Assembly: GCA_013115145.1 (NCBI GenBank)
Contig: JAAPAO010000364.1
Location: 1 to 35,952, forward strand
Length of the DNA: 35,952 nucleotides
DNA from: Perkinsus chesapeaki ATCC PRA-425
Lineage: Eukaryota; Protista; Perkinsozoa
Direction: 5' to 3'
Shown: piece after piece, positions 1 through 12,578 of the stretch
Layout: the number at the start of each line of letters is the position of its first letter
Position numbering within the stretch: position 1 is the first letter of the stretch
The notes under the pieces: generated by a model
Seen by the model: the letters and a program-made list of their open reading frames with translations, nothing else
Database searches by the model: none
What the model was told of the DNA's origin: nothing
Program-made: the position numbers and the translations under genes

Positions 1-178
1 CTCGAATAGCGCGATCGAATGTGGACAGACGATATAATTAAAGGGCGCGCGGGAAGCACATGCTATCCCAACAAAGGTCGTCAGAGATCTTGGTACTCTT
101 GAAAGTCTTGCAATTCCTCAACGTGTTAATGTGAATCTTCCCACTCGTCAATTGATTCTATTTTTCTCCTCCTCGAAC

Positions 179-905
179 ATGTCTGATATGTGGTGTGTAT
201 GCTTTGACTGTGAAGGTGTCCTCGTTGGTGAGGCCTGGTTAGAGCTTCAGAAGAAAACTGGTCTTGATGGTCTAAAGTTGACCACTAAAGACGAGCCTGA
301 TTACGACAAGCTCATGATGCACCGCATTAAAATACTGCGCGAAAACGGCGTCAAATTGGAGGACATGAAATCTGTAAGTTTCCACTGTCTCTCCTCCTCC
401 CATATTCTTTTCCAGGTGGTTGAGACCATGGAGCCTCTAGAGGGAGCTGTCGAGACAATCTCATGGCTCTACCCTCTTTGCCCCAGGATCATAATCCTTA
501 CCGATACCTTCCAGAACTACGCCCAACCTCTTTTCAACAAGCTAGGCCAGTGCACTGTGTTTTGCCATGCCGTCCAAGTTGATGATGAAGGTTATATAGA
601 GAAGCACGTCCTCCGTCTCAAGGTGAGCCTCATCACAATTTCTTCGTCATTCTCCCTGTCAGGACCAAAAGCGTAAATCCGTGGAGGCCCTAAAGGGTCT
701 CAATTTCAACACGGTTGCGATCGGCGATAGTTACAATGACATATCAATGCTCAAAGCAGCCGACAAGGGTATCCTTTTCCGCCCTGGTGAGAAGGTCCTC
801 GAGGACTTCCCTGAATTCCCAGTTGTTTGGGACCATGCAAGCCTCCGTGTCCTCTTAGCTGAGACCATGGGCCTTCCTAAACCCACCACGATGAATGGTA
901 AATAG
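179..905 (+). CDS. thrH: Phosphoserine phosphatase / homoserine phosphotransferase (HAD family, ThrH-like), 3 exons
   Basis: Introns 374-415 and 623-662 (GT..AG) join the ORFs into [20 protein letters not shown]...[15 protein letters not shown]...[10 protein letters not shown]...[23 protein letters not shown]. The HAD motif I variant (FDCEGVL) and the GDSYND motif are characteristic of ThrH. Confidence 0.9.
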
Positions 906-1235
906 TTGACATGATAGATAGGCAGTTTTTGACTCGCCGATGTTGCGTTCAGTTTGGTGGTCGGTGCGATAATTTGGCTAATTTTTGTCGTTGTTCGAAA
1001 GAACCGCGCGCGCCCGGGTAATCTGTACCTTTATTCTTGTTCTCTCTGTGTCACTATTGATCAGTGGAGATCTACAATAGGATCGTCTTGGGTGATTGAG
1101 GTGTTCCCCGAGGCTAGCACGACCTTGAATTTTCTGATAGAAAAACCGTAAAATGACGGTATTCGCTTTTTATGGAGGAGCTGCGCTTCACTAAATTAGC
1201 CATTTCATAGATCGAAATATCTGCTTACTGTGTAG

Positions 1236-2904
1236 GGTTTGAATGATAAATCCTTTGAAAGGAGGTTGACCGTGCAAGATACAAATAAGGTCAATCGGAT
1301 TGGCATTGTAAATTGGTCAGTTGTCCCCTTTTACAACGCATCCTTACATGGCAAGTCAGTTACAAACCCCATCAAACGCCTTCGGTGGGGGCACCACATC
1401 ACTGTTCGATTCCGACAAGCCCAACAACAATTCAATCGACAGTCAGCAGCAACAGCCTGCCAGATGGTATCGTTATTGGAATGAACAATATAATCGATAT
1501 TTCTATTGGCAAGAAAGCAACTCAATATCGACCTGGGACCTCCCCCCTGATGGTGACACGGTTGTCGACTACACCACCAAGGAAGTCGTTTCCGGCCCCG
1601 ATTCGACAACTACTGCCGCCAGCGCTGCGATGAGTCCTGACGTGTGGCGATCAGCTACTCCCGAGCAAAACGCAAACCAACAGACATATGACATGCCCAG
1701 CAATCAGGATATATTAGATCGATACGACGCCACAGCCGCCTCGGCGACGGCTGCCTTATTTGGTCCTGGGCCGACATCATCATCAGCAGCCTCAGTTGAC
1801 TTTGATGTTCTTGCGAGAGGTGGAGGAAGTCTGCAAGGAGGTGCCGGGATGCCCAGCTTTGATAAGTAACCAAAATCACCCGATTAATTTTAAAGTCGTT
1901 TCTTCAGTTCCGTTGGAGATAGTCTTTCGTGGCTGCAGAAAAGCGTATCACCAGTCGCCCAGCAGCAGCAGCCTAACTCATCATCCATCAACTCTCAAGT
2001 GGTTGATAGTCTATTCCCAAGTCTCGTGCGAACGACTTTGGATGAAATTGACGGGGGAGGGCTGCGTCAAAGACAGCAGCAGCAGCAGCCTTCGGGAGGG
2101 ATGTTTGGCATGTCAGCTGATGGCTATCAGCAGGTAGGATCAGGGAGATAGGACTAGAGTTGTGTGATGATAGCGTCGTCGGACAGAGGTCGCAGCTCAT
2201 CTCTGTACAGTCGATTGGTGAAGCTACTCGAGCTAGCATGGCTTCATTTGGGAGGATGACCCCTTCTTTGCAGCATCATCATCACCAGCAACCATCATCA
2301 GCACAGCAGCCCCGGCCGACAGGGATGATGCGGATGAACGCACCGCGTCGACATGATCAACGGCAGCAGCAGCCGACTATTTTGGATAAAAAAGTGCAAG
2401 AGGTGTGTGAGGCGCTAATCTGACCTATTTCGTATCTTGCACGCTTCGACCTAAGATTCTTTTTACCAGGAGCACGATCGTCTCATAGCAGAGAGGATGC
2501 AGGCCGAACTTGATCGGGAATATGAGGAACGTTTGACAGAAGCGCCGCTACCGTGTGAAGCAGCTCAACATAAGCAGAGCAAAAAGGATAAGAAAATGGG
2601 GAGGGTAGTATAAATAATAATAAAGTGAAGTTGAATGGGACATCAGATGCCCAAAGCGACAAAACCCATAAAGTTAATCGGCGGTGGGGGACCGTCGGCC
2701 TGGGGAGCCTCACCGGGGCCGTCGGCGTCGTCTATGACACCTCGAGGGAGAGAGCGCCCTAATAGCGGTAATGCGGAGAGTAACGCTGAAGATGAGCTGG
2801 CCAATGAGATGGCCGCGCATGGGATTGTATTAAAGAAAGCGAAGATGAAGTCACATAAGTCTGGTCGTCAGCAGCCAAAGGCGATACCAGTCGGCAGGAA
2901 ATGA
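1236..2904 (+). CDS. WW-domain protein with Q-rich low-complexity regions, multi-exon; 5' end unresolved
   Basis: PARWYRYWNEQYNRYFYWQESNSISTWDLP fits the WW consensus (W-x9-YYW-x7-TW-x2-P). Phase-compatible short GT-AG introns link polyQ exons, a helical EEHDRLIAERMQAELDREYEE segment and a K-rich C-terminus. Confidence 0.65.
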
Positions 2905-3464
2905 TGACATTAAGCGAATTGAAGAGGACGAGGAGGAGACTCAGTAACAGCTAACAATGGAGATGTTGTGGCGACATTGTGGTATCTTTTAATATCCAGT
3001 GTTATGCGCACTATGAAGATTTTACGAAATCGATTGATGATATCTTCCTATTTTTATGACAGCCCTTGTGGATGAGAAAGTTGTCTCTGTGCAGCAGCAT
3101 TGTACTTCTCATTCTTGCTACCCCCTTCGAAAGGAGGCATCATCTTTTACAGCCGAGGATCGATGTTACCAATCTGCTTAGATATTCTTCACAGTGCGCA
3201 CCCCCCCCCCGCATCGGTACCAACATTCTCGCCTTGCCGTATCTGTTTTTGTTGTCTCTACTGGTCATTCTTCCTCCTCTGACATCATTGTCGCTGTCAT
3301 CTTGCTACTATTACTTCCTAGTGATGATGGTGTTGTATATCTTTATCATCATCATTGCCACTAGTAACAACCACAATCATCATAATAAAAACGATAGCCC
3401 TGTAGCCATCTCATCTGGGCATTGTGTTGGTCAAGTCAATCAGATAAGAAGGTTATAATGTAGT

Positions 3465-6049
3465 CATGAGGCGAAGTGCAGTGTTGGCATACCAGCCTGC
3501 TTCCTCTGCAACCCTCGCAGATCGGGTGCATAACAGAAATATGCAGAAATTGCAAAAAAATGTGTTTTCGTCGGCATCCTTTGGTTCCGCTAGAATGTAT
3601 TGTTCCCGAAGATCCGCGCATCGTAGAGAGTATACCCAATAACGATTCGGTGAAAAAATTCTTGCGCTTTGCTGAAGATGGCCGGCAGACACGCGGAGAA
3701 TGGAGAGCTAATAAGGACGGTGCTCGGTGAATCTGAGAATACGAGGATTGCAGGAAGTCGATTGCGGTCCTACCAGTATGAGCTCCATCGGCCTCTCAAC
3801 ATCGGACAGACGAGTTGATTGTCTGATGGATGAGCAAAGAAGGTTCATCAAAGACGTCACCGCCTGGATTGACAGCCTCAGGGGAAGGCTAACATCATTG
3901 GAAAGTAGCCAATTGACATATCTCAACAGCAATACGATTTTATACAAGGGTTCTAGCCGCCCGACCCCTACACACTACTGACCATGGTGAACGGGAAATT
4001 ACGATGTGTACGATCGTCATGTTGTCAGGAGCCCGGCCATCGTCAGACGAAGCTCATCTCGACAGTCTGCGTCAGCGTGTAGCTGAGATGGAAAACGAAA
4101 CACTGGCTTTAAGGAGATCTAGTCGAGATTACGTTACCGTTAACAGTTTGGAGAAGCGCCTTAATGAAGTTAAATCGTAGAAGTACCAAAGTCAAAATAA
4201 GACTGCAAAACAGGTGGAAAAAAGAAGGCCGGAGCGAACACTATTCCCGAAACATGTCTGTCGATGCCGAGACGCTGTGCCCAGTTCTGGTGGCTACCTA
4301 TCCGTGGAGGACCCTATCTACAGGTGCGTCTCGTTGATCTTTTATATTCACAATAGATACTTTGACATCACTTAATCTTGTTCACGAAGCTCTGCAATAA
4401 CTGGGCGAATAAGCTTTCACCTTTAGGACATTTGTTAGGTTTCCGGAAAGCTAAACAAACAATAGCAACTCGCTCAGGAATCTACTTCCTTGGCTCCGAA
4501 GGATGGTCATGGGAGAGTCCGGTTTTTGTATGTTCAAGATCAGCGAAGCCCGAAGAGTGCCGTGAAATCTTCGAGCCCGAAGAATCACTTGGCAGCACAC
4601 TCTGATCCGTCGTCGCAGAAGCTCTGAAATACTCTCATACGAAGACCTCGCAGTATGGCTGTGAAATGGAAAAAATCTACTTTAATTTTCCCCAAAAATT
4701 TTCCCCTTTTCGCAGGAGAATTTTTTCCAGGGAGCCGTTAATAATGCTGACTTAACATGCACGTTTTTAGGTCTTTGTGTAGTCGATTGGAGGACTTAGA
4801 AATGTCATCTTTGCGGAGGACAGATCGTCATTTTATCGAGGATTGTGCAAAGGTGAAGAATCCCTGAAACCTGTCTATTGATGATGGTCGCAAACAGTCA
4901 GTAATCGGCCAAACAGAAACGGAGAGAAGTGCCTTAGTGAAAAGAATAGAACGATTGGACAAAGCCATGAAGATACTGCAGGCCGATTCCGTCAAAGTGG
5001 GCCTTGGATCACGCAGCGTGATTGACAGCGAATCGTCGTTCGTTTTCAGCTTGTCGTTAGCCAGCCTGGCTAACGATAAGCTCGATGTTACTTCGTCAAC
5101 ATGTTTCTATTATACCCTCTCGGAGTATTATTCGACACACGAACAACCTTGTTCAGATGGATCGCTGCGACGTCCTCGAGAGTCGAATCGGCAAGCTTGA
5201 GATGGGTCGGGTGCATGAAAAAGATGAGCAGTTCCAACTTGCGGACAGGCATGTTGCCTGAGGCAGCTTCTACATGTTTATTGCCGATCTGATTGACCCG
5301 TTGAGGGCCGTTATTGTTGTTCAGAATCTGAACTTCAGATTCGACGCTCTTCGGGAGGGCCTAAGCAGTCACATCCTCCGCGTCATCGAAGTATTAAAGA
5401 ATGATATTTATAAGCAAGTATTGCTCGACCGTTGGATTGCATTGGAAAAACGCAGTGGCAGGTGGACGGCTCCATCCAGTCTTATGTGGCCAACCTAGAG
5501 CAATCTCTCTCCGATGCCCTCTTATCGGAGCGTCGTCTTTTTAATGAGAACATCGATGCGAGAGTGGAGGAGATGGTCAAAAATTTAAGCGAGCGACTCA
5601 AGGAGGATACTGTAGCGATTGGACTAGTCATGAAGTTTCAGTTACTGCATGTCAGAGGTTATTACGAGAAGAATGTCTCAAAGGCGTCGACGAGATGCTT
5701 TCGGCGTCGATTGCTGGTAAAGTGGGAAGTCCCAGATCAGTTATAGTTGAGACCCAGGAAAGCAAGCATGCGGATAAAATTGTTGGTGAGTTCAGCCCAT
5801 GTGAGGAGGTGTCAGACAAGAGTCCTGCCAGATGAACCAAAGATGCCTATAACGGAGCCCGAAGAGTCTAACAATGAGGAGCTGCAATTTGCGCAGACTC
5901 CTCTAATAATGAAGTCAGAAGTTGCCGTTGTCGAAGATGAAAACTCATCCCAATCCGAGAGTATTTCGGACGATGAGGCCAGCGTTCACGATCCGGATGC
6001 GTTGCTTGCTGAATTGGGAAATGATTGGGATAATGAGAGTGACACTTGA
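3465..6049 (+). CDS. Hypothetical coiled-coil protein(s), multi-exon; could be one or two genes
   Basis: Successive + strand exon-like segments with heptad character (IDSLRGRLTSLESS; LDSLRQRVAEMENETLAL; VKRIERLDKAMKILQ; ANLEQSLSDALLSE) and an acidic terminus (..DWDNESDT*). No family recognised. Confidence 0.5.
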
Positions 6050-6437
6050 TGTCTGACTTCCATGTGCCTTGCGTTGCAGAACGGAGTTTTGAGAACGTGG
6101 TGCTGTCGATATTGTAAATGAACTGACACTTGATCGAATCGAAGGAATAACATACACATCTTACAATAATTGTAAGTTACAATTTGTAATACAATCGTTC
6201 TAGTAAAGAAATGCATTAGATATTGTGAATTATTTGTGCGATAATACCTGGTATATTATTCGTCACTGATAGTTGGTCCGACAATCGGTCGCCCGATTAC
6301 AATAAGGTTGTTCAGTGTTCACAAATTGAGGCTTGCAGCAGTGTTTACTTTGCGGGAGTTATCGAAGTTGGGTGACTGAGTGATTCGGGATGACTCAACA
6401 CGCCAAGTAGATGAAACGGAAATAAGGACACATGACA

Positions 6438-9400
6438 TCATTCATCATTCGGTAACCCAAACGTCGCTGGACCTAATTCCATGTCCATGGGCTCCGTGCC
6501 GCCATTGGTTTGGGCAATATGATACCTGCAAGGGGAAACAAAGCAGTTTTGGGAACTGACTCTTCGAAGAGCAAAGCTGGTTGCCCGCTGGCATTAAGCA
6601 ATGCTTAATAAGCATTACTTCGGAGCGGCGCTATCTACGTTCGTTAATTCCGCACAGTCTTCCTGTACGTTCCACGCAAGAGCAGCAGCTATGAGTGCGG
6701 CGAAGCTACCAACGCCCAGCACTGCCGAAATGGAGCCACCTAAATCAACAAGAATCGAGGACTGAGGCAATTTCCGCTTACCTTGAAAAGCAAAGATCAG
6801 GCTAGAGATAACGCTCATGGTGATCTCCGGGTAGCACTGCGATAAGTTGAACACCGCAGTCAATCTAGCTCTGAAACAGCACCCGACGTATAACGCTGCA
6901 ATTGAGAACAGGGGCTACTCGATACCTGTGATCACGAAGGTCCGGCCTGCAGCATGTCTTTGAGACAAAAGTCCATGGTAACTGATGTGTTGCAGCCATC
7001 GGTATCCCAAAGAGGATGATGCAAAAACGGGATGCGGGAGCAGAGCCTGAGCATGTGATCATTACGGTAACAGGAATACAGTTTTTGGGCAGCCCCAAGT
7101 TATATAGTGCATCACGATCGGGTGGAGTACATGATGCTCTCCAGCAACCCAGTGGGAAGTGCTCACTCCCTTGATAACTGCTTATTAGGAACTGGGGTGC
7201 AATTTTCAAAGGTCGGCACTCAAAACTTGCGTATTCGATACGATTGAAACTCAAACTTCCTTCCCAACCGACTTGTGATTGGAAAGCAGCTTTCCGAAAG
7301 CTCCCGAGGGGAACGGTCCAGCCTCAGCTAACATTAGTAACAACGCGTTACAGAGAGTGAAACCCCAAGAGCATGTTATCATTACATCATGCTGAGAAGG
7401 AACGGCCGAGAACCCTTTCTGAGGTCTTGTCAATCAACGCGTCTGCCACTTACTAAACCACATTGACCATCTGGCAGATGGCATCTGCTTCCGGCTCGAA
7501 GCCTGGCAGTGAATTCTGATGATATCCGGCTTTAGACTTCACTGGTGATGAAGATTATATTTGTCACAACATAGTCTTCCTAGCCTTCAAATGCCTTTAA
7601 ATATTGGTTTAGCTTCAACCTCATTACTAACGAGCCAGTAGTTAAATGACCTTCTCGAATGCATTGTCGAAGCATCCGGCTGTGTCGCCCATGAAGGTGT
7701 TGGGTTGTATGAGACACCGAGGAGCGAGCACATTTGACTCATGCCTGACAATACAAGCTCCATTCTCTTTGCTGTCTCACGCATGGAGAAGCCAACGACG
7801 AGCATGCAGAAATTTGCTGGTGTATGCAACTTCCCGCAGCAATCGTCCGATCTGCCAAGACCCTGTAGTACGGGATCAAAACTGCTGAAGTCTCCGTTTT
7901 TAAGAGAGAATAAATGTCGTTAATGTATTCGAAATTGAACCGATATGAGCGGAATGCTCAAACCGTTCACCGCCTACCGTTGACACGTTTCCAGCTGGCC
8001 GGTCAATATGGCCTCAATGCTTCTTAACCGAAAACCCGGTTCTCGACAGTGGGTGTACAAGTCCTGCAGCAGGACTTGTCATGAGAAATCTTGCTGGACT
8101 TGGACGATTCGGGATTTGGGACCGATTAGATGTGGTAATACAGTGTTGGATACTATCCAATGGATAGTACAACTAGCACTCTGCTGCCAGCACGAAAACA
8201 CTGCAGGTTCCTAGCAGGCTGCTAGTAGCAGCGCCAGCAGTAAGAAATCGTGGAACGGTGGTACTCCCACCGTGGTAGTACCCCTTTTGGTACTGTACCA
8301 TTGATACATGGCATTCAGAGGGCAAAATGCTGGAACTTCAATAAGAAACATCTTCTGCACCTCAACGCAGTGATTGGCAGTCGTCTGGCCTACTCACGAG
8401 TAGTGACGCACTCAGCAAGCTCCCAACAAGAGATATCATGCACAACGACCACAGGCGAGCCAGCGAGATCTGCAATACATGACAGGAAAAGAACGCGTTG
8501 AATATTATCACAGGTTCTTACCTGGCGCTGCAAAGCTGGTAAGACTAGAGATACAATGCTGCAAAGACACGCAGACATGGCTAAACTGGCATTAGCATAT
8601 CTGACACCGTCTGCAAATAATCGCTTCTCGGAGTCCGAAGCGCCCTCCGAGTTCGAGCCACCGAAAATGACCAAGCCAACCCATTCGGTAGTGTACATGT
8701 AAATAGCGAACCATGCAAGATAGCTGAATGATTGAGCCGCGAAAGCGATCCGTATGGATCGCGGCATGACCCGAACCTAAATCGCGTAGCTTCGTCGATC
8801 GTCAGCAACTTCGTTGAGCAACGATCTCGATCGTAATGAATATGTGCATATACGTTTAATAACAAAACTATATTGGATATAAAATGACAGGCGAATGTGT
8901 TACACATTCGCAGATTATACAGTATCACTGTCTGTAAGTAAAAGACTTCTACTAGAAGTTTCCGGCTAACAAAGTGCCCCTCATCTCACCCCATCGCAGG
9001 CTTCCTTGAGAAACCTCTTCCCGCAATTCTCAGACGATATAGATGACACTTCCTTGCCCACGGCGTTAGACGTCGTCGAGTCCTCCGGGACGCAGCAGAC
9101 TGCAAGCGAACCAGAAATGATGACGTAGATGGAGGTGAAGGCGAAGACGGCGGAAACTTCGGAAGTGAAGGAGTTGCTAGAATCTGAAAATTACACAAAG
9201 CCGAGGTTTTCGGAATGTTCCGGTCGGATCGATAGAACCGATTTACTTGCAAAGTCGATTCCCCCGATAAAATAGCCTAATGCCGTACTGAGCCCAGCCG
9301 TCACACTAAGAGCTGCATTAGCCCGTGCCTGGAATGACACGGGGGGAAAGAAAGCAGGAACGTGCTAGAATACCTGAAGTGGCTCTGGAACGGTATCGAC

Positions 9401-10064
9401 CAATAAAGCGCGGAGTGGACCCTGATAGGCGTTGATAGAAATATCCAAAAACCAGAATGATATGGCAGCAGACAATGACGAAGTCGCATTGGAGAAGGCG
9501 AGCAAACCCGAGACCATACCAAACAGACCTGAAAGAGCATTCATTATTACTCGGTATTACCAACAATCCTTACCAGCGATGAGGAAAGGTTTACGCCTCC
9601 GCCCTATTCGATCGGAAAGCACACCGACAATGGGCTGAACGAGCATACCAGAAAACGGTCCTGCGAGCCAGGTGAGGGAAACCTATCAACTGCAGCTATT
9701 CCAGACAACATACATCCTACAATTTCTCTGGGGCGAAGATAACAGACGTTTCTGATTGCGAATCAAAATGCACTATCAGTCAGGTTATCGAGCTTCGACG
9801 CAGATGGAACACAGTTGCCGCACTGGCCTGTTGTAGAGCAGCTCAGCCACCTTTAGTGTGGCACAGGAAATGAACGTACAAGATTATAGTCTCGCTCTCC
9901 GCAGCCAGAAGAGAAACCCCCATACAGTCGCAACCACCCACCATTGTGTTAGACATGCCTAAGCCCTTTAAGGTAGGAGTGCTGTACCCTATCTGGACCG
10001 CCCAACTTATCATACAGCAAGACCATGATAAAGATAAAAGTAATATTACCAACCACGAATGCAT
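6438..10064 (-). CDS. Sucrose/H+ symporter-like MFS transporter (SUT/SLC45, GPH family), many exons
   Basis: Family motifs occur in the expected order: SWAVQIGYSTPTLKGLG; GPFSGMLVQPIVGVLSDRIGRRRKPFLIAG; FSYLAWFAIYMYTTEWVG...FADGVRYANASL; IILFGIPMAATHQLPWTFVS; TAVFNLSQCYPEI. A phase-2 intron (~6526-6618) adds a last exon YHIAQ..LPNDE* ending at 6438. The start codon is uncertain. Confidence 0.85.
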
Positions 10065-10383
10065 GGAAAGGGAACGCTGCAATCAGGCTCTCTTGAAAAG
10101 GGGACACAACACAACAGACGCTACCATAACCAACACTCATCACGCAATTATAGAATCGCCGCCAATGAGCAGCAGCAGCAGCAAACGGCGGACAAGAACA
10201 GTGAAGAGGAACACCTGATGGGCCTCCTAAGAGCGAATTAAAAAGGTATCAAGCGGTATCGGACGACCGAGAACAAATCTGCACGCGCCGTAAAGATGCG
10301 GTTGTGCGATGGTGGTGGTGGTGCAGCACGACACAGAACAAAAGATATGTTACACAATGCAACACTGAAACATTATATTCTCA

Positions 10384-12400
10384 TCAGACTGGTGGCTCCA
10401 ACGCCGCTGATACTGAAGCAGTCGGTTGGACCACTTCCAGCACGAATTCAACGCGGTTGTTTTTCGTCGAAATATCGTCATCCTGATTTTCGGAAACTGA
10501 GTCCTCGCCCGACTCCTCGAAGACATCTCCCATTAGTCGATGCCTAACCTTGTGCAGAAGCTTTGTGAGAAGATGAATGCTGAAACCTAAGGGGACTCGG
10601 AATTAGAATAATTATTGTTATTGTTGAGGTCGTCGCCTTACATCCAAGAAATGCAGCAAAACCATAACGTCCTCCAATGTCACCTGTCCACCACCAAATA
10701 GATATTAATAATATACCACTCCAAATACCAGTAATAAATATTGATATTATATCCGATAATATTGGCTTATTATTAATAGATATTAATGAATATGAACCAG
10801 GTGATGCAGCTGGACCACTCATACCTAATAATAATTATAATAATAATAACTAACAACAACAACCATTACCAACAAATGAACCTGTCCAAATGAACAACAT
10901 CAACGGGTTCGTGCTCGGCGGTAAAAACAATCCCGCTGCTAACGACACCATAGCAGAGGCAACCACTGGAGAGAAATGAGGGTTGAAATAGAGATGGAGC
11001 CAAAGCGTGACAGCCTAAAGAAACGATCCACAAAACACGCTTCTCCATGCAAAAGCTACACTTGCAACCGCGCACGCAACAACAAAGCTTATCGTCACCA
11101 TTGTCGAGATGAGGACGTTGCCATCCGCGTAGGAGTGAAACCATCGGTCTGTCCTGAAACAGATGATGGGAAGCTGGTGAGCTTTCATCGCCTACCAAGA
11201 TTGGAATGCATCGTCAGGGTCAAGACTTGTGGAGGTCCAAGTGCCGGACTGAACTAGGACTATAAATAGTGCGCTGATGTGACCAGCGACATAGGCCATC
11301 ATACCTGTGGAGGGATGCTAATGAGTAAGGGGCTGGACGGACTCATACCGAGTTTTCCTCCGATACCATGCAGCACATGGCGAAGGGAAAATGTGACGCA
11401 GATGAAAACAAAACACACGAAAGGCTCCCATTGGAGAGTGAAGGCCTGAGTAGCAGCAGTCATATAATGGGCTTCCTCTGCTGAGCTTTAAGATTCTCTC
11501 GGCGACTCATCATCGATAAAACATTCTTAGCTGGGAATGCAGAAACCGGAAATGCGGCCTTCCCTCGCCAACACTTAGGCAAACGAATGTTCTATGAATC
11601 GACACTTTTTCAAAGTATTCCAACACTGCCTAACCTACATCATTCGTCGAAGCCGAGACAAAACTGGCTCCATAGGCAGTCTCTCGATAGGGCGATGACA
11701 AGGTCAAACCAGCTAGGATCTGACGTATGCGTACGAAAGTACAAAGATTGAAACGAGCTCACTCCGATGACGCTTGCTGATGCAACACCGTTAATGCCAT
11801 AGATGTCTTGGGCGACGTATTTGGCCAAGAGGAGGGATGCTAGTGAGACACAGTAGCCGATGAGAACGGTTAATAGAGAGCGTAGGATTCTGGATAGGAC
11901 ATGCTTGTATCGCGAAGGGCAAGAGGAAACAAACCGCATCAACTACATGTATAAGATGTTTGATAGGAAATATGTTACTAGTGATACAGAGAAGGAGATA
12001 TAATAGAAAGGAGTTTGATAGGAGATATGTTACTAGTGATACGGAGGAGGAGATATAATAGAAAGGAGTTTGATAGGAGATATGTTACTAGTGATACGGA
12101 GGAGGAGATATAATAGAAAGGAATTTGATAGGAAATATGTTACTAGTGATACAGATGAGGAGATATAATAGAAAGGAGTTTGATAGGGAATATGTTAGTA
12201 GTGATACGGAGAAGGAGATATCATAGAAGAGTTTGATAGGAAATATGTTACTAGTGCAGATCTATATGCCTGCTTGAAAGATACGGCCCACAGGAACGGA
12301 ACAGAACAAATCTATATCGCGTCACTCGATGCTCGTCTATGATTCTCTCGTCACCCACATCAACGCCGAGGGAGCCTCTTCGGGAGGGACACCGGACGAC
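10384..12400 (-). CDS. Uncharacterised dual-repeat multi-pass membrane protein, paralog 1 (start uncertain)
   Basis: Spliced read: LLAKYVAQDIYGINGVASASVIG|ILAGLTLSSPYRETAYGASFVSASTN|AFTLQWEPFVCFVF..HGIGGKLG|...LPPSTNPLMLFIWTGSFVG|MSGPAASPG..WWTGDIGGRYGFAAFLG|..FSIHLLTKLL..EPPV* (stop 10384-10386). Confidence 0.8.
11958..12256. repeat. 55-bp minisatellite, ~5.5 copies, probably intronic in paralog 1
   Basis: Unit gtttgatagg(a/g)aatatgttactagtgatac(a/g)gagRaggagatataatagaaagga starts at 11958, 12013, 12068, 12123, 12178 and 12231. Units are diverged at several positions, with one 2-nt deletion. Confidence 0.95.
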
Positions 12401-12578
12401 ACAAGTGTTACAACAACTCAACAGCAAAGGCTTGAAGTAGAAAACCCATTACCCGAAAATACGATGACTAGCGTAAGCTAAATAACAGTGGGAAACATGG
12501 ACATAAGCCCCTCCCAGAAGGGTAGCGATCTACAGAAGGCATTCTCTTAGAGAATATATCAAATATATACGTCATCAG

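Noticed and set aside
3403-3412. gtagccatct resembling the Perkinsus spliced leader (ACCGTAGCCATYTTGGCTCAAG)
   Set aside because: Only a 10-nt match, which is compatible with chance; the 3' half of the leader is absent.
3066-3458. Hydrophobic 130-aa plus-strand ORF as a membrane protein
   Set aside because: It starts at a non-ATG codon, spans a C-homopolymer and trinucleotide low-complexity sequence, and the opposite strand is equally plausible; unsupported.
6615-6617. ORF-track stop for the sugar transporter
   Set aside because: It overlaps a GTAATG donor; a phase-matched downstream exon ending at 6438 is more plausible.
7048-7385. Repeated VMITCS peptide / gtaatgat(c/a)acatgctc 17-mer
   Set aside because: One copy looks like an intron donor and the other ends at an acceptor; there are only two copies and no further context, so it is treated as coincidence.
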